From the NCBI GenBank assembly GCA_964528735.1, contig CAZGUV010000002.1, positions 23,202-83,897 on the forward strand: a stretch of DNA of 60,696 nucleotides. The letters are read 5' to 3'. The position numbers were made by a program, and so were the translations under genes. The notes under the pieces are model-generated. The model was not told the DNA's origin. It saw only the letters and a list, made by a program, of their open reading frames with translations, and did no database searches. This document shows positions 34,517 to 43,707 of this stretch, piece by piece; position 1 is the first letter of the stretch; each line of letters begins with the position of its first letter. This DNA is from an uncultured Candidatus Saccharibacteria bacterium (GTDB lineage: Bacteria > Patescibacteriota > Minisyncoccia > Phycocordibacterales > UBA2100).

Positions 34517-35548
34517 TTAGAGTGCTACGTACTTGCCGTCGTTTGTACGATTGAAGATGGTTCCGTCTTGGAGGTTTACGAGAATCGTTCCATCTTTTAC
34601 GTATCTTTCTCGTTTGACTCTGTCGATGATTTCCTTTTTTGAGAGCGGGCCGTCTTTCTTAAGAATATCTTTGATGACTTCCTTCACGACTCCTTTCGAG
34701 TATCCCCATTCTGAGAGTGCATACAATCCACGTCCCACAAGCACAAAGCGTTCATCTTTAATGAGTTCGTTATGACATGTTGCTTCGTGTGCCTTTCTTC
34801 CAAACAACTCTGAGATTGAACGAGCTACTTCAGCAAAATGCATCGGTGAGCCATGTCGTTTGAGAGAAAGATATGCCATGTCTCGCATATTTTTTACACG
34901 TACTCCTGGTGCGTCAATTCTGCCCCACTCACCAAGCTGGTTTCTTGAAATCTTTTTTGAAAGTGAGAGCCATCGGCGTGCAGTCTCTTGTGTGTGGTGT
35001 CGTTTGTCGAGATGAGCAAGATCCTTTAGAAAACGTGTGACAAGTTCTGACTCAGGGACAAGTTCTTCATTTGAAAGTGAGCGGTACAGGTTTCTGAGTG
35101 CGGTGTGCACTGAATCAGCGATGCCTTGGTCAGCATGCCAACGGTGATTGAATTCAGGGTCTTCCTTCAATCGCTCGAAATCATTCCCCACAACAAGTAG
35201 GAAGTGAATGTGGTTTTGCAAGCCTTCATTTTTTGAGATTGCATCGAGGAGTTCTTGTTCTGGAACAATGCCACCCATATCGATAATTATCCCTGCGAGC
35301 TCAGTGAATACTGCTGACGCCTCTTTGTATGATGGAGATGTACGGATCGCGCCGATTGCTCTATTTTCGATTTGTCGGACGCGTTCTCGTGTAATTGTGT
35401 ACCGTGTACCGATAGTCTCGAGGGTGTCTCGTTTTACCGTGTTGCCCAAGCCATAACGCCCCGTAAGAACGTCTCGCTCTCGTGACGGAAGTACCCCGAG
35501 AAGCTTTTTGGTGACCTGTTTAGGCTTGAATGTGACGGAAAACTGCAT
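34517..35548 (-). CDS. Sigma-70 region-4-like HTH plus HARE-HTH domain protein
   Basis: N-terminal SRERDVLTGRYGL...LETIGTRYTITRERVRQIENRAI (region 4). The later segment MAYLSLKRHGSPMHFAEVARSI...ERFVLVGRGLYALSEWGY resembles the HARE-HTH of the RNAP delta subunit. Confidence 0.55.
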   Translation of the reverse strand: MQFSVTFKPKQVTKKLLGVLPSRERDVLTGRYGLGNTVKRDTLETIGTRYTITRERVRQIENRAIGAIRTSPSYKEASAVFTELAGIIIDMGGIVPEQELLDAISKNEGLQNHIHFLLVVGNDFERLKEDPEFNHRWHADQGIADSVHTALRNLYRSLSNEELVPESELVTRFLKDLAHLDKRHHTQETARRWLSLSKKISRNQLGEWGRIDAPGVRVKNMRDMAYLSLKRHGSPMHFAEVARSISELFGRKAHEATCHNELIKDERFVLVGRGLYALSEWGYSKGVVKEVIKDILKKDGPLSKKEIIDRVKRERYVKDGTILVNLQDGTIFNRTNDGKYVAL

Positions 35549-35663
35549 AATGTCTTTGTTCTTAGATAGGCATTTCTACCATGTACTTATAAACTCGTCA
35601 AGTGCTACCATACAACAATATCTTGCCTTGTCCAGATAGCGGGCTGTGGATAACAAAAAAGCT

Positions 35664-38600
35664 CTACAGAACGATATTTACGATTTTGTTGGGTATAACT
35701 ATGACCCTGCGAGGAGTACCCTCACCAATCCATTTTTTGACCTCTGTCAAGGCCATTTCCTTGAGGGTGTCTTCGGCGAGATTTGGCGTTGCTTGGAGTG
35801 TGCCTCGAAGCTTTCCATTCACCTGAACTGCGATGGTAATAGACGATGAAATCAGCTTTTTCTCTGACCAGCGTGGAAACCTTTCAAGATGCACTGATTT
35901 TTTATGACCTCGCATGTGCCACAACTCTTCTGAGATGTGTGGTGCAAAAGGAGCAAGGAGAGTAACTAAGCTATCGAACTGCGAGCTTGAGATACCATGC
36001 TTCTCAGCTACATTTATAAAGCTCATAAGAGCTGCTATTGCAGTGTTGAATTTGAGACCTGCAACATCCTCTGTAATTTTTTTGATTACTTTATGGAGTT
36101 CTCGCTCAGTCTCCTCGTGCACGCCAAGCGATATCTTTTCCTGCAATCTCCATACTCGTTCAAGAAAACGGCGTACCCCGACGATAGCTTCCGGTGACCA
36201 CGGGTAACTCCCCGGTTCGTTAAATGGACCGATAAAGGCAAGGTACATGCGGACAGTGTCAGCCCCAAGCTTTTTCACCACGTCATCGGGGTCAATGACG
36301 TTACCTTTGCTCTTACTCATCTTTTGTCCATCAGGACCAAGAATAAGTCCCCTGTTCATTCTCTTTGCGTATGGTTCCTTTTCTCGAACCAATTTCATAT
36401 CATAGAGTGCTTTGTGCCAAAAGCGGCTGTAGAGCACGTGCATTGTGGTGTGCTCTGCACCGCCTGAGTAGAGATCTACTGGCAACCATTGTTGAAGCTT
36501 TTTTCTTTGTGCAAATTCCTTTTTGTTCTTTGGGTCCGCATATCGCAAGTAATACCACGATGAGCAAATGAAGGTGTCGAATGTATCAGTCTCTCGAGAT
36601 GCAGGAGCCTTGCATTGCGGGCACGTTGTTTTTACCCACTTCGATGCCTTTGCAAGTGGTGACTTACCATCTCCAGCTGGGAGGTAGTCATTTACGCGAG
36701 GTAGCTCTACGGGGAGACTTTTTTCAGGGACTGGTACATAGCCACATGCGCTGCAATGAATCATTGGAATTGGTACTCCCCAGTATCGTTGTCGTGAGAC
36801 TATCCAATCACGTAGGCGGTACGTTTTCTTAGTGCGACCATATGACTCAACTATCAATTTCTTGGCAGAGTCTGAATGCATGCCAGTGTATTCACCAGAA
36901 TCCAAAAGGAAACCCGAGTCAGTGTGTACCTGGTGTTGACCAGAGGTGTGCTGTTTCCAGAGGAGGTCCTTCTCTTTTATCGTAAGAAACGGCAACACTT
37001 CGTGAGCTGGCTTCCATTCATGAGTGTGCTTGGCGAGCTCATCAGCATCTACATGCCCCTGTTCATCGTTTTCAAGTTCAAAATACAAATAGGTGAATTC
37101 AACGCGTCTGTTTTCTTGTTTGATGGTATGGAAAAACTCAACGGTTGCAGCGTCTCCAATCTGCCGTATGAAGCGTGGATTTTTGTAACCGCTTTCCTCT
37201 CGGATCTCTCGTATACCTGCCTCGATGGCACTCTCATCTCTTTCGATACCTCCTGATATGAATGAGCGTATTGGATAGTTATTCCACGTTTGGCACAAGT
37301 ATTCATCCTTATTCCAATGCTTTACTATACACATAACTGCACGTCGATGGACAAATGGTAGTCCGTCTCGCACTGCATCAGCACCTGACGTTTGTCTCAC
37401 AACGCGAGAGACAACTTGCTTAATAGGGAGTGAAAAAGATTTTGCAAAAGCATTATCTCGTTCATCGTGACCAGGCACTGCCATAATTGCTCCGGTACCA
37501 TAGTGTGCAAGCACGTAATCACTTATGAAAACAGGTATTTCTTCTTTTGTTGCAGGATTGATAGCATGTACACCGAGTAGTTTGACTCCCGTTTTAACCT
37601 TATTTTCCTGTCGCTCAAGTTCGGTCTTTTGATTTGCCTGAGTACGATATGCAATTACCTCCTTCTCATTTTTTATGAGTCCGCGCTGGGCGAGCGCTCC
37701 AGTGACCCATGGATGTTCAGGTGCTAGTACCATATATGTTGCGCCGAAGATAGTATCCGGCCTTGTGGTGAACACACGTACTGTAGGCGTAATCGCCATG
37801 AGCATATCCGGCTCTCCCTTCTCGGATGAAAAGTGTGGCACTACACCTGTACCCTTAATAAGGAGTCCTCCAAGAGTATTACTCCATTCAGAGGCATCTG
37901 ATTGAGGCACGATAGTGTCGGTCTCATCTGTAAGAACTACAAAACTTTTTGCATGTGCGCGAATGGTTGCAATATCGTACTGATGCTTACACGCCCTGGT
38001 GACTGAACGGCGTGCTTTCTTGTCGAGAAATACGCCTGAGTGTGGTGTGGAGATTAATGTCACTCTCCCCACCTTCCTCCCAAGTTCTAGCACGCGAAGC
38101 GCAACGAGTCCGCCAAATGAGACACCGACCAATGCAGTTGATTCATCAAGTGTGCAGTGCTTCATGACATGTGCAGCCTGTTCATCGAGGTCTGGCTCCT
38201 GAGTGTGAGGCAATGTCGGCATTTCTACGGTATACCCGCGCTCTTCAAGCTTCCTTTTTAACCAAGGAAAGGCGTGCGACTGTGGGGAGCCATTTCTGCC
38301 ATGAAGAATAACCACCCGCTTGCACGAATCAACACCAGAAAGTGCAAAATCAATCTCCGCGCCTTCGCTTCTCCCTATCCAATTTCGCTGTGAATCCTTT
38401 ATTGCTTCTGGCCAATCAAGATTATCAAGATCATCAACAAGTCTGTCAGCATACTTAGTTATAGCAATATTCCACTGAGGCATGAGTCGTTGTTCAACCT
38501 TGTGGCCACAGCGCTCACACTCCCCTCCGATTACTTGCTCATTTGCAAGCACGGTTTTGCATGATGGACACCAATTCGCACTCGTATCTTTTCTATGTAC

Positions 38601-39044
38601 TAACCCTTTTTTGTAGAGTTGCAAGAATAGCCATTGTGTCCACTTATAATAAGCAGGGTCACACGTCACAACCTCTCTCGTCCAATCAAATGATGTACCC
38701 ATTGACGCAATCTGCTTTCGCATGTGCGCCATGTTTTTATACGTCCACGTACGCGGGTTGATGCCGCGTTTAATTGCAGCGTTTTCAGCAGGCAAACCGA
38801 ATGCATCAAACCCAATCGGAAATAGCACATTCTTGCCGGTCATTCGCATTGTTCGTGCGTACATGTCTGGTACTGCAAATGCGTACCAGTGTCCCACGTG
38901 GAGGTTGCCAGATGGATAAGGAAATTCAACAAGGACGAAATTATTCTTTTTACCTTTTTCTGAGTCCTTTACTGTATAGAGACCTTTCTTCTGCCACTCT
39001 TTCTGCCACTTCTTTTCAATACGTGCATGGTTGTACTCCTTCAT
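35664..39044 (-). CDS. leuS: Leucyl-tRNA synthetase, unusually long (1126 aa) because of two nested domains
   Basis: HIGH (NLHVGH), KMSKS (QKMSKSKGN), editing motifs TTRPDT and GTGAIMAVPGHDERD, RLRDWIVSRQRYWGVPIP, and a C-terminal tRNA-binding domain. Confidence 0.9.
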   Translation of the reverse strand: MKEYNHARIEKKWQKEWQKKGLYTVKDSEKGKKNNFVLVEFPYPSGNLHVGHWYAFAVPDMYARTMRMTGKNVLFPIGFDAFGLPAENAAIKRGINPRTWTYKNMAHMRKQIASMGTSFDWTREVVTCDPAYYKWTQWLFLQLYKKGLVHRKDTSANWCPSCKTVLANEQVIGGECERCGHKVEQRLMPQWNIAITKYADRLVDDLDNLDWPEAIKDSQRNWIGRSEGAEIDFALSGVDSCKRVVILHGRNGSPQSHAFPWLKRKLEERGYTVEMPTLPHTQEPDLDEQAAHVMKHCTLDESTALVGVSFGGLVALRVLELGRKVGRVTLISTPHSGVFLDKKARRSVTRACKHQYDIATIRAHAKSFVVLTDETDTIVPQSDASEWSNTLGGLLIKGTGVVPHFSSEKGEPDMLMAITPTVRVFTTRPDTIFGATYMVLAPEHPWVTGALAQRGLIKNEKEVIAYRTQANQKTELERQENKVKTGVKLLGVHAINPATKEEIPVFISDYVLAHYGTGAIMAVPGHDERDNAFAKSFSLPIKQVVSRVVRQTSGADAVRDGLPFVHRRAVMCIVKHWNKDEYLCQTWNNYPIRSFISGGIERDESAIEAGIREIREESGYKNPRFIRQIGDAATVEFFHTIKQENRRVEFTYLYFELENDEQGHVDADELAKHTHEWKPAHEVLPFLTIKEKDLLWKQHTSGQHQVHTDSGFLLDSGEYTGMHSDSAKKLIVESYGRTKKTYRLRDWIVSRQRYWGVPIPMIHCSACGYVPVPEKSLPVELPRVNDYLPAGDGKSPLAKASKWVKTTCPQCKAPASRETDTFDTFICSSWYYLRYADPKNKKEFAQRKKLQQWLPVDLYSGGAEHTTMHVLYSRFWHKALYDMKLVREKEPYAKRMNRGLILGPDGQKMSKSKGNVIDPDDVVKKLGADTVRMYLAFIGPFNEPGSYPWSPEAIVGVRRFLERVWRLQEKISLGVHEETERELHKVIKKITEDVAGLKFNTAIAALMSFINVAEKHGISSSQFDSLVTLLAPFAPHISEELWHMRGHKKSVHLERFPRWSEKKLISSSITIAVQVNGKLRGTLQATPNLAEDTLKEMALTEVKKWIGEGTPRRVIVIPNKIVNIVL
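36930..37409 (-). other. In-frame Nudix hydrolase domain inserted in LeuRS (aa ~546-705)
   Basis: GGIERDESAIEAGIREIREESGY is a perfect match to the Nudix box Gx5Ex7REUxEExGU. Confidence 0.7.
37785..38333 (-). other. In-frame alpha/beta serine-hydrolase domain inserted in LeuRS (aa ~238-420)
   Basis: VVILHGRNGSPQSH, GVSFGG (GxSxG), DETDTIVP (acid) and VPHF (His). The arrangement resembles YdeN/RBBP9-type esterases. Confidence 0.6.
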
Positions 39045-39086
39045 CCGGTAAGCCTACCAAAGGTCAGACACAAAGAAAAGCCTTGA

Positions 39087-40139
39087 TTATGCGAGTGCAA
39101 TCTTGTTCGAATGCGCAGACCACTGGACTAAATTCCATAGTACGCGCATCCCCACATTCGCATTCCACTCGTTGTCATTTGCTTGAGGTGAGACTTCATT
39201 GAGGTCAAAACCAATGACTGTTCTACCGGATTCAGAAATCGTTTTGATAAGGTACACAGCTTCCTCATAACTCAGACCGCCAGGTACTGGAGTGCCAGTT
39301 CCCGGACAGAGAGATGGATTAAGCCCATCAATATCAAAGCTTATGTAGACTTTTTGAGGTAGTGACGAGACAATTGAGTTGACCGTTTCTGACCATGTAA
39401 CACCTTCAAATCGTTCCTTTTTGAGATCGGAGTCAAAATACGCATGCACTCTCCCGTCACTACTATCAATCAAGCTCTTTTCACCTGGAGAAAAATCTCG
39501 AATACCAACTTGTACCAATTTTTTCATTGTAGGGATTGTTTTGAGTACATTCCACATAATTGATGCGTGAGAATACGTAAAGCCTTCGTATGCTTCACGT
39601 AAGTCGCAGTGAGCATCAATTTGTAAAATCCCGAAGTCATCATGTATAGCACCGAGTGCTCGTATGAGACCGTAGGGAGTGCTGTGGTCGCCCCCGACGA
39701 CCCCAACAAGCTTTCCTTCACGTAAGAAATATTCAGACTCTTCCTGAATTTCATCATGAAACACCTCACATGCGACATTTATTTCTGCGAGTGCTTTTAC
39801 GTTTGGTTTTTTTCCGTGAGATATATCATCGATATACTTCTCTGCCTTTGCGCGTAGTTGTTTTCCTCGCTTCATCGAGTTTTGTTTTTCCACGAGGGGC
39901 ATCATGCAAACCGGCACTTTCCACGAATCATTTCCGTACGCCTCATGGTAGTAGTCAATTTGAGGTGACGCTTTGAGTATCGCTTCCGGTGCGTTATGTG
40001 CTCCTCCGCCATACGAAACAGTAACTCCCCATGGTGCAGGTATAAGCACAATTCGGGCAGTACTGAGCGTGTGAGGAAGTCCAAATAAACCGCTATTCTC
40101 TTTAGATACGCCATTTGGGTCAAAATGTTCGTTTTTCAT
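39087..40139 (-). CDS. speB: Agmatinase (ureohydrolase family)
   Basis: GGDHS, DAHCDLR and SFDIDGL Mn-binding motifs. Confidence 0.75.
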   Translation of the reverse strand: MKNEHFDPNGVSKENSGLFGLPHTLSTARIVLIPAPWGVTVSYGGGAHNAPEAILKASPQIDYYHEAYGNDSWKVPVCMMPLVEKQNSMKRGKQLRAKAEKYIDDISHGKKPNVKALAEINVACEVFHDEIQEESEYFLREGKLVGVVGGDHSTPYGLIRALGAIHDDFGILQIDAHCDLREAYEGFTYSHASIMWNVLKTIPTMKKLVQVGIRDFSPGEKSLIDSSDGRVHAYFDSDLKKERFEGVTWSETVNSIVSSLPQKVYISFDIDGLNPSLCPGTGTPVPGGLSYEEAVYLIKTISESGRTVIGFDLNEVSPQANDNEWNANVGMRVLWNLVQWSAHSNKIALA

Positions 40140-40147
40140 ACTAGCTA

Positions 40148-41362
40148 TTATGCCATGCGAGCCTTGTAATCATCATAGGTAAAGGTTCGTAATGTATGCA
40201 TCATTCCGTCCTTCCAGTGCAATATCGAGGGATGCTGTACGCCATTAAACATAGTACATTGGACCATATTGTATTGAATACCATCGAGAAGCACCACATA
40301 ATCGCCTACAGAAAGATTTTTCTCAAAGCTGTGAAAATGATTGAGGTGGTCGCCTGTGACGCATGTACCTCCTGCAAGTTGATAGAGGTTGTTTGCATGC
40401 TGAGTAAGATCACGCACTACACGTGCTCCAAGTACAGGCATGTCCAAGTCGGTACTCAAAAGAAAGTCAGGTGTATGTGCATTGAATGACATATCGAGTA
40501 TCGCGATTTTATACGGTACATCATCTCGTTCAACAATATCGAGAACTCGAGTCACTAGAGCGCCAGCATTTTTACATATAGCAGCCCCAGGTTCGAAGTG
40601 CATAGTGAGCTCATATTTTGACTGTATGTCGCGGATGAGTTTAATAAACCCTTCTACATCGTACGAGTCATCAGTGATTCGTTGGCCACCACCAAGATTG
40701 AGCCATTCCAATGCCTGCAAATGCGTGCCGAATCGCTCCTCAATCAGTCGTGCAGACTTTTGCAAATCTTCGAAATCCTTGTCAAAGAAAATGTGCATGT
40801 GAAATCCAGAGATGCCTTCAAGTGCCTGAGGATTCTTATGCAACTCTGCATCAAGTTCGCTTTTTCGTATTCCAAGTCGAGAGCCAGGTGCGCAAGGACT
40901 CCAGAGGTTTTCGTGCTCATCATCCCCCATGTACTCCGGGTTGATGCGAAGACCGCAATGTATCTCCTTACCAGTACGTTTGGTGTATGAGATCACCGCA
41001 TCCTTGTAGGTGTACCACTGAGGGAATGAGTTGAAGATAACGGTACTCGAATTCTCTAATATGCGTTCAAATTCGGATGCAACATACGCCGGAGCAAAGA
41101 TATGCACTGATTCATTGAAGAAATCATGACCCAGCCTCGCCTCATTCAAAGAGCTTGCCTCAGAACCATCTAGATATTGCCTTGTTATTTCAAACAGCGG
41201 ATATGTTGACCATGTCTTCAGTGCTTGAAACATTTTGCAACCCGTTGCCTCACGTATATTTTTTAGGATTTCCAAGTTGTGCCTCAACACCGCATCATCA
41301 ATAACAAATGCGCTCGATGTCACCTTCGAATAATCAATACTTAGTGAGGGTCTTGATGACAT
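40148..41362 (-). CDS. nspC: Carboxy(nor)spermidine decarboxylase
   Basis: PLP fold-III decarboxylase of ~400 aa with ALKT lysine context and LGGG. It lies directly downstream of the saccharopine-dehydrogenase-like gene. Confidence 0.7.
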   Translation of the reverse strand: MSSRPSLSIDYSKVTSSAFVIDDAVLRHNLEILKNIREATGCKMFQALKTWSTYPLFEITRQYLDGSEASSLNEARLGHDFFNESVHIFAPAYVASEFERILENSSTVIFNSFPQWYTYKDAVISYTKRTGKEIHCGLRINPEYMGDDEHENLWSPCAPGSRLGIRKSELDAELHKNPQALEGISGFHMHIFFDKDFEDLQKSARLIEERFGTHLQALEWLNLGGGQRITDDSYDVEGFIKLIRDIQSKYELTMHFEPGAAICKNAGALVTRVLDIVERDDVPYKIAILDMSFNAHTPDFLLSTDLDMPVLGARVVRDLTQHANNLYQLAGGTCVTGDHLNHFHSFEKNLSVGDYVVLLDGIQYNMVQCTMFNGVQHPSILHWKDGMMHTLRTFTYDDYKARMA

Positions 41363-41364
41363 GG

Positions 41365-42630
41365 CTAAATCTTTTCAGGCAAGGGCTTGTGGTCCACCAC
41401 AACAAACGGGAGTCCATTTTTTGAAACAATCTCAAGGAATGGCTCCGGGTCAAGTTGCTCCATGTTGTATACACCAGCACCCTCCCATACCCCACTCATA
41501 AGCATGTATGCCGCTGACATTGCGGGGACACCAGTGGTATATGAAATGGCCTGAGAGCCAACTTCTTTAAAGCACTCAGCGTGGTCACAGACGTTGTAGA
41601 TATACTTCGTGAACTCTTTTCCATCTTTCTTGCCAGTAACTATGCAACCAATATTTGTTTTGCCGCTGTAGTTTGTTGCGAGCGACGCAGGATCAGGAAG
41701 AAGTGCCTTTAAAAACTCCATCGGGACAATCTTCTCGACCTTTCCGTTGTGTTTGAATGGAACAGGTTTTATTCCTGAAATACCGATGCTTTCCATAACT
41801 CGCAAATGAGTAAGGTAGTTTTCACCGAAAGTCATCCAAAAGCGCATTCGCTTAAGTCCAGGGAGATTTTTAACAAGTGACTCCATTTCTTCATGGTACA
41901 GCAAGTAGCTTTCCTTTGGTCCTATCTGTGGGTAATCAAACGCGAAATGGATGCTGCCTTTGTTCATCACTGCAGGAGTTGTCACCCACTTTCCATGCTC
42001 CCAGTGACGCACTTCCTGAGTAACTTCTCGAATGTTGATTTCTGGGTTGAAATTTGTTGCAAAAGACTTGTCGTGACTACCAGCGTTTGCATCAAGTATA
42101 TCGACTGTAGAAATAGTGTCGAAGTACTTCTTTAGCATATACGCACAGTACATATTGGTAACCCCAGGATCAAAGCCTGCTCCGAGTACTGCCATAAGCC
42201 CCGCTTTTTTGAATTTCGACTGGTATGCCCATTGCCATTTATATTCAAACTTAGCAACATCCTTAGGTTCGTAGTTCGCAGTATCGATGTAGTGCACGCC
42301 AGTCTTTAGGCATGCATCCATTATTGTCAGGTCTTGGTATGGTAGCGCGAGGTTGAGGACTAGAAACGGCTTCACTTTTTTAATCAGTGAAACGAGTTGT
42401 GGTACTTTATCTGCGTCAACCTCGTGAGTCGCAATGGTTACACCCCATCGCTTCTTAACGTCCTTCTTTATTGCGTCAGCCTTCTTCTTTGTTCTCGATG
42501 CTACATGAATTTTTTTAAAGACAGCGCTATTCATTGCGCATTTATGGATTGCCACTGAGGCAACTCCACCAGCACCAATGATGAGGATTGTTCCATTATT
42601 GTTATTTTTTTTCATAGCTTTAGTATACAT
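41365..42630 (-). CDS. Carboxy(nor)spermidine dehydrogenase/synthase (saccharopine dehydrogenase family)
   Basis: ILIIGAGGVASVAIHKCAMN Rossmann N-terminus followed by ASRT. Length 421 aa and pairing with nspC. Confidence 0.7.
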   Translation of the reverse strand: MYTKAMKKNNNNGTILIIGAGGVASVAIHKCAMNSAVFKKIHVASRTKKKADAIKKDVKKRWGVTIATHEVDADKVPQLVSLIKKVKPFLVLNLALPYQDLTIMDACLKTGVHYIDTANYEPKDVAKFEYKWQWAYQSKFKKAGLMAVLGAGFDPGVTNMYCAYMLKKYFDTISTVDILDANAGSHDKSFATNFNPEINIREVTQEVRHWEHGKWVTTPAVMNKGSIHFAFDYPQIGPKESYLLYHEEMESLVKNLPGLKRMRFWMTFGENYLTHLRVMESIGISGIKPVPFKHNGKVEKIVPMEFLKALLPDPASLATNYSGKTNIGCIVTGKKDGKEFTKYIYNVCDHAECFKEVGSQAISYTTGVPAMSAAYMLMSGVWEGAGVYNMEQLDPEPFLEIVSKNGLPFVVVDHKPLPEKI

Positions 42631-42633
42631 TGA

Positions 42634-43707
42634 TTAAAGATACTTTTGTGCGTGGAGCAATTCAGCAATAAGCACGCCTCCACCAGCGGCGCCTCGTATT
42701 GTATTATGAGACAATCCGACAAACTTCCACTGGAGTATCGGGTCTTCCCGGAGTCTTCCCACAGTGACAGCCATGGACTTGTCTGCGTCTCTATCGAGGC
42801 GAGTTTGTGGTCGGTTCTCCTCCTCTCGATACAGGATTGCCTGCTTTGGCGCAAGCGGTAAGCAAAGCGACTGAGGGAGGCCAGAGAATGCTTTCCATGC
42901 ACTTAGTATCTCGTCTTTTGATGGTTTTTGTTCGCATTCGAATGACACACATGCCATGTGCCCATCAATGGTAGGGACACGGTTGCAATGTGCTGAGATT
43001 GTAAAAGATTCGTCGTAGAGGAATGCATTCTCGCCAACTGTCCCTAGAATTTTTCTCGGTTCGATTTCTGACTTCTGCTCTTCGCCGCCAATGTACGGGA
43101 TGACATTGTCCAGAATGTCATACGACGACACACCTGGGTGTCCTGCCCCTGATATAGACTGCATCGTTGTGACGATGACCTTTTTCAGGCGGTGTGTCTT
43201 ATGGAGCGCAGCCAGTGGCGCTGTATAGCTTTGTATTGAGCAGTTAGGCTTTACAACAATGAAACCTTTAGACCAGTTTCGATTTTTTTGTTGAATTGGA
43301 ATCATCGATAGATGGTCAGCGTTTATCTCAGGGATGATCATTGGTACATCTGGAGTATGTCTATGTGTGGATGCATTTGAAACCACCGGAATCCCAGCCT
43401 CCGCATATTTCTCCTCCCATTCCTTCGCAATCGGTGTATCGAGTGCAGAAAACACGAAATCGCATGAGTCCTTACATGCCTGAATCTGATCGACTGTTGT
43501 TACCACACAAGTCGCCACTTCGCGAGGTAGTTCTGTACTCATGTGCCAACGACCTTGTACAGCCTCCGCATACGTTTTGCCCGCAGATGATTCACTTGCG
43601 ACTACATAGACAACTTCAAACCAAGGGTGGTTGTGTAGTAGTGTAATATACTGCTGCCCGACCATCCCTGTTGCTCCAAGTATTCCTACTCGTATTTTTT
43701 TGCTCAT
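42634..43707 (-). CDS. asd: Aspartate-semialdehyde dehydrogenase
   Basis: GILGATGMVGQ, active-site PNCS and HNTIRGAAG. Confidence 0.85.
   Translation of the reverse strand: MSKKIRVGILGATGMVGQQYITLLHNHPWFEVVYVVASESSAGKTYAEAVQGRWHMSTELPREVATCVVTTVDQIQACKDSCDFVFSALDTPIAKEWEEKYAEAGIPVVSNASTHRHTPDVPMIIPEINADHLSMIPIQQKNRNWSKGFIVVKPNCSIQSYTAPLAALHKTHRLKKVIVTTMQSISGAGHPGVSSYDILDNVIPYIGGEEQKSEIEPRKILGTVGENAFLYDESFTISAHCNRVPTIDGHMACVSFECEQKPSKDEILSAWKAFSGLPQSLCLPLAPKQAILYREEENRPQTRLDRDADKSMAVTVGRLREDPILQWKFVGLSHNTIRGAAGGGVLIAELLHAQKYL

Noticed and set aside
36930-38333. Inteins as the explanation for the extra ~340 aa in LeuRS.
   Set aside because: The insert boundaries lack the Cys/Ser N-terminal residue and the His-Asn plus Cys/Ser/Thr C-terminal junction. 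No endonuclease blocks are present. The inserts instead carry hydrolase catalytic motifs.
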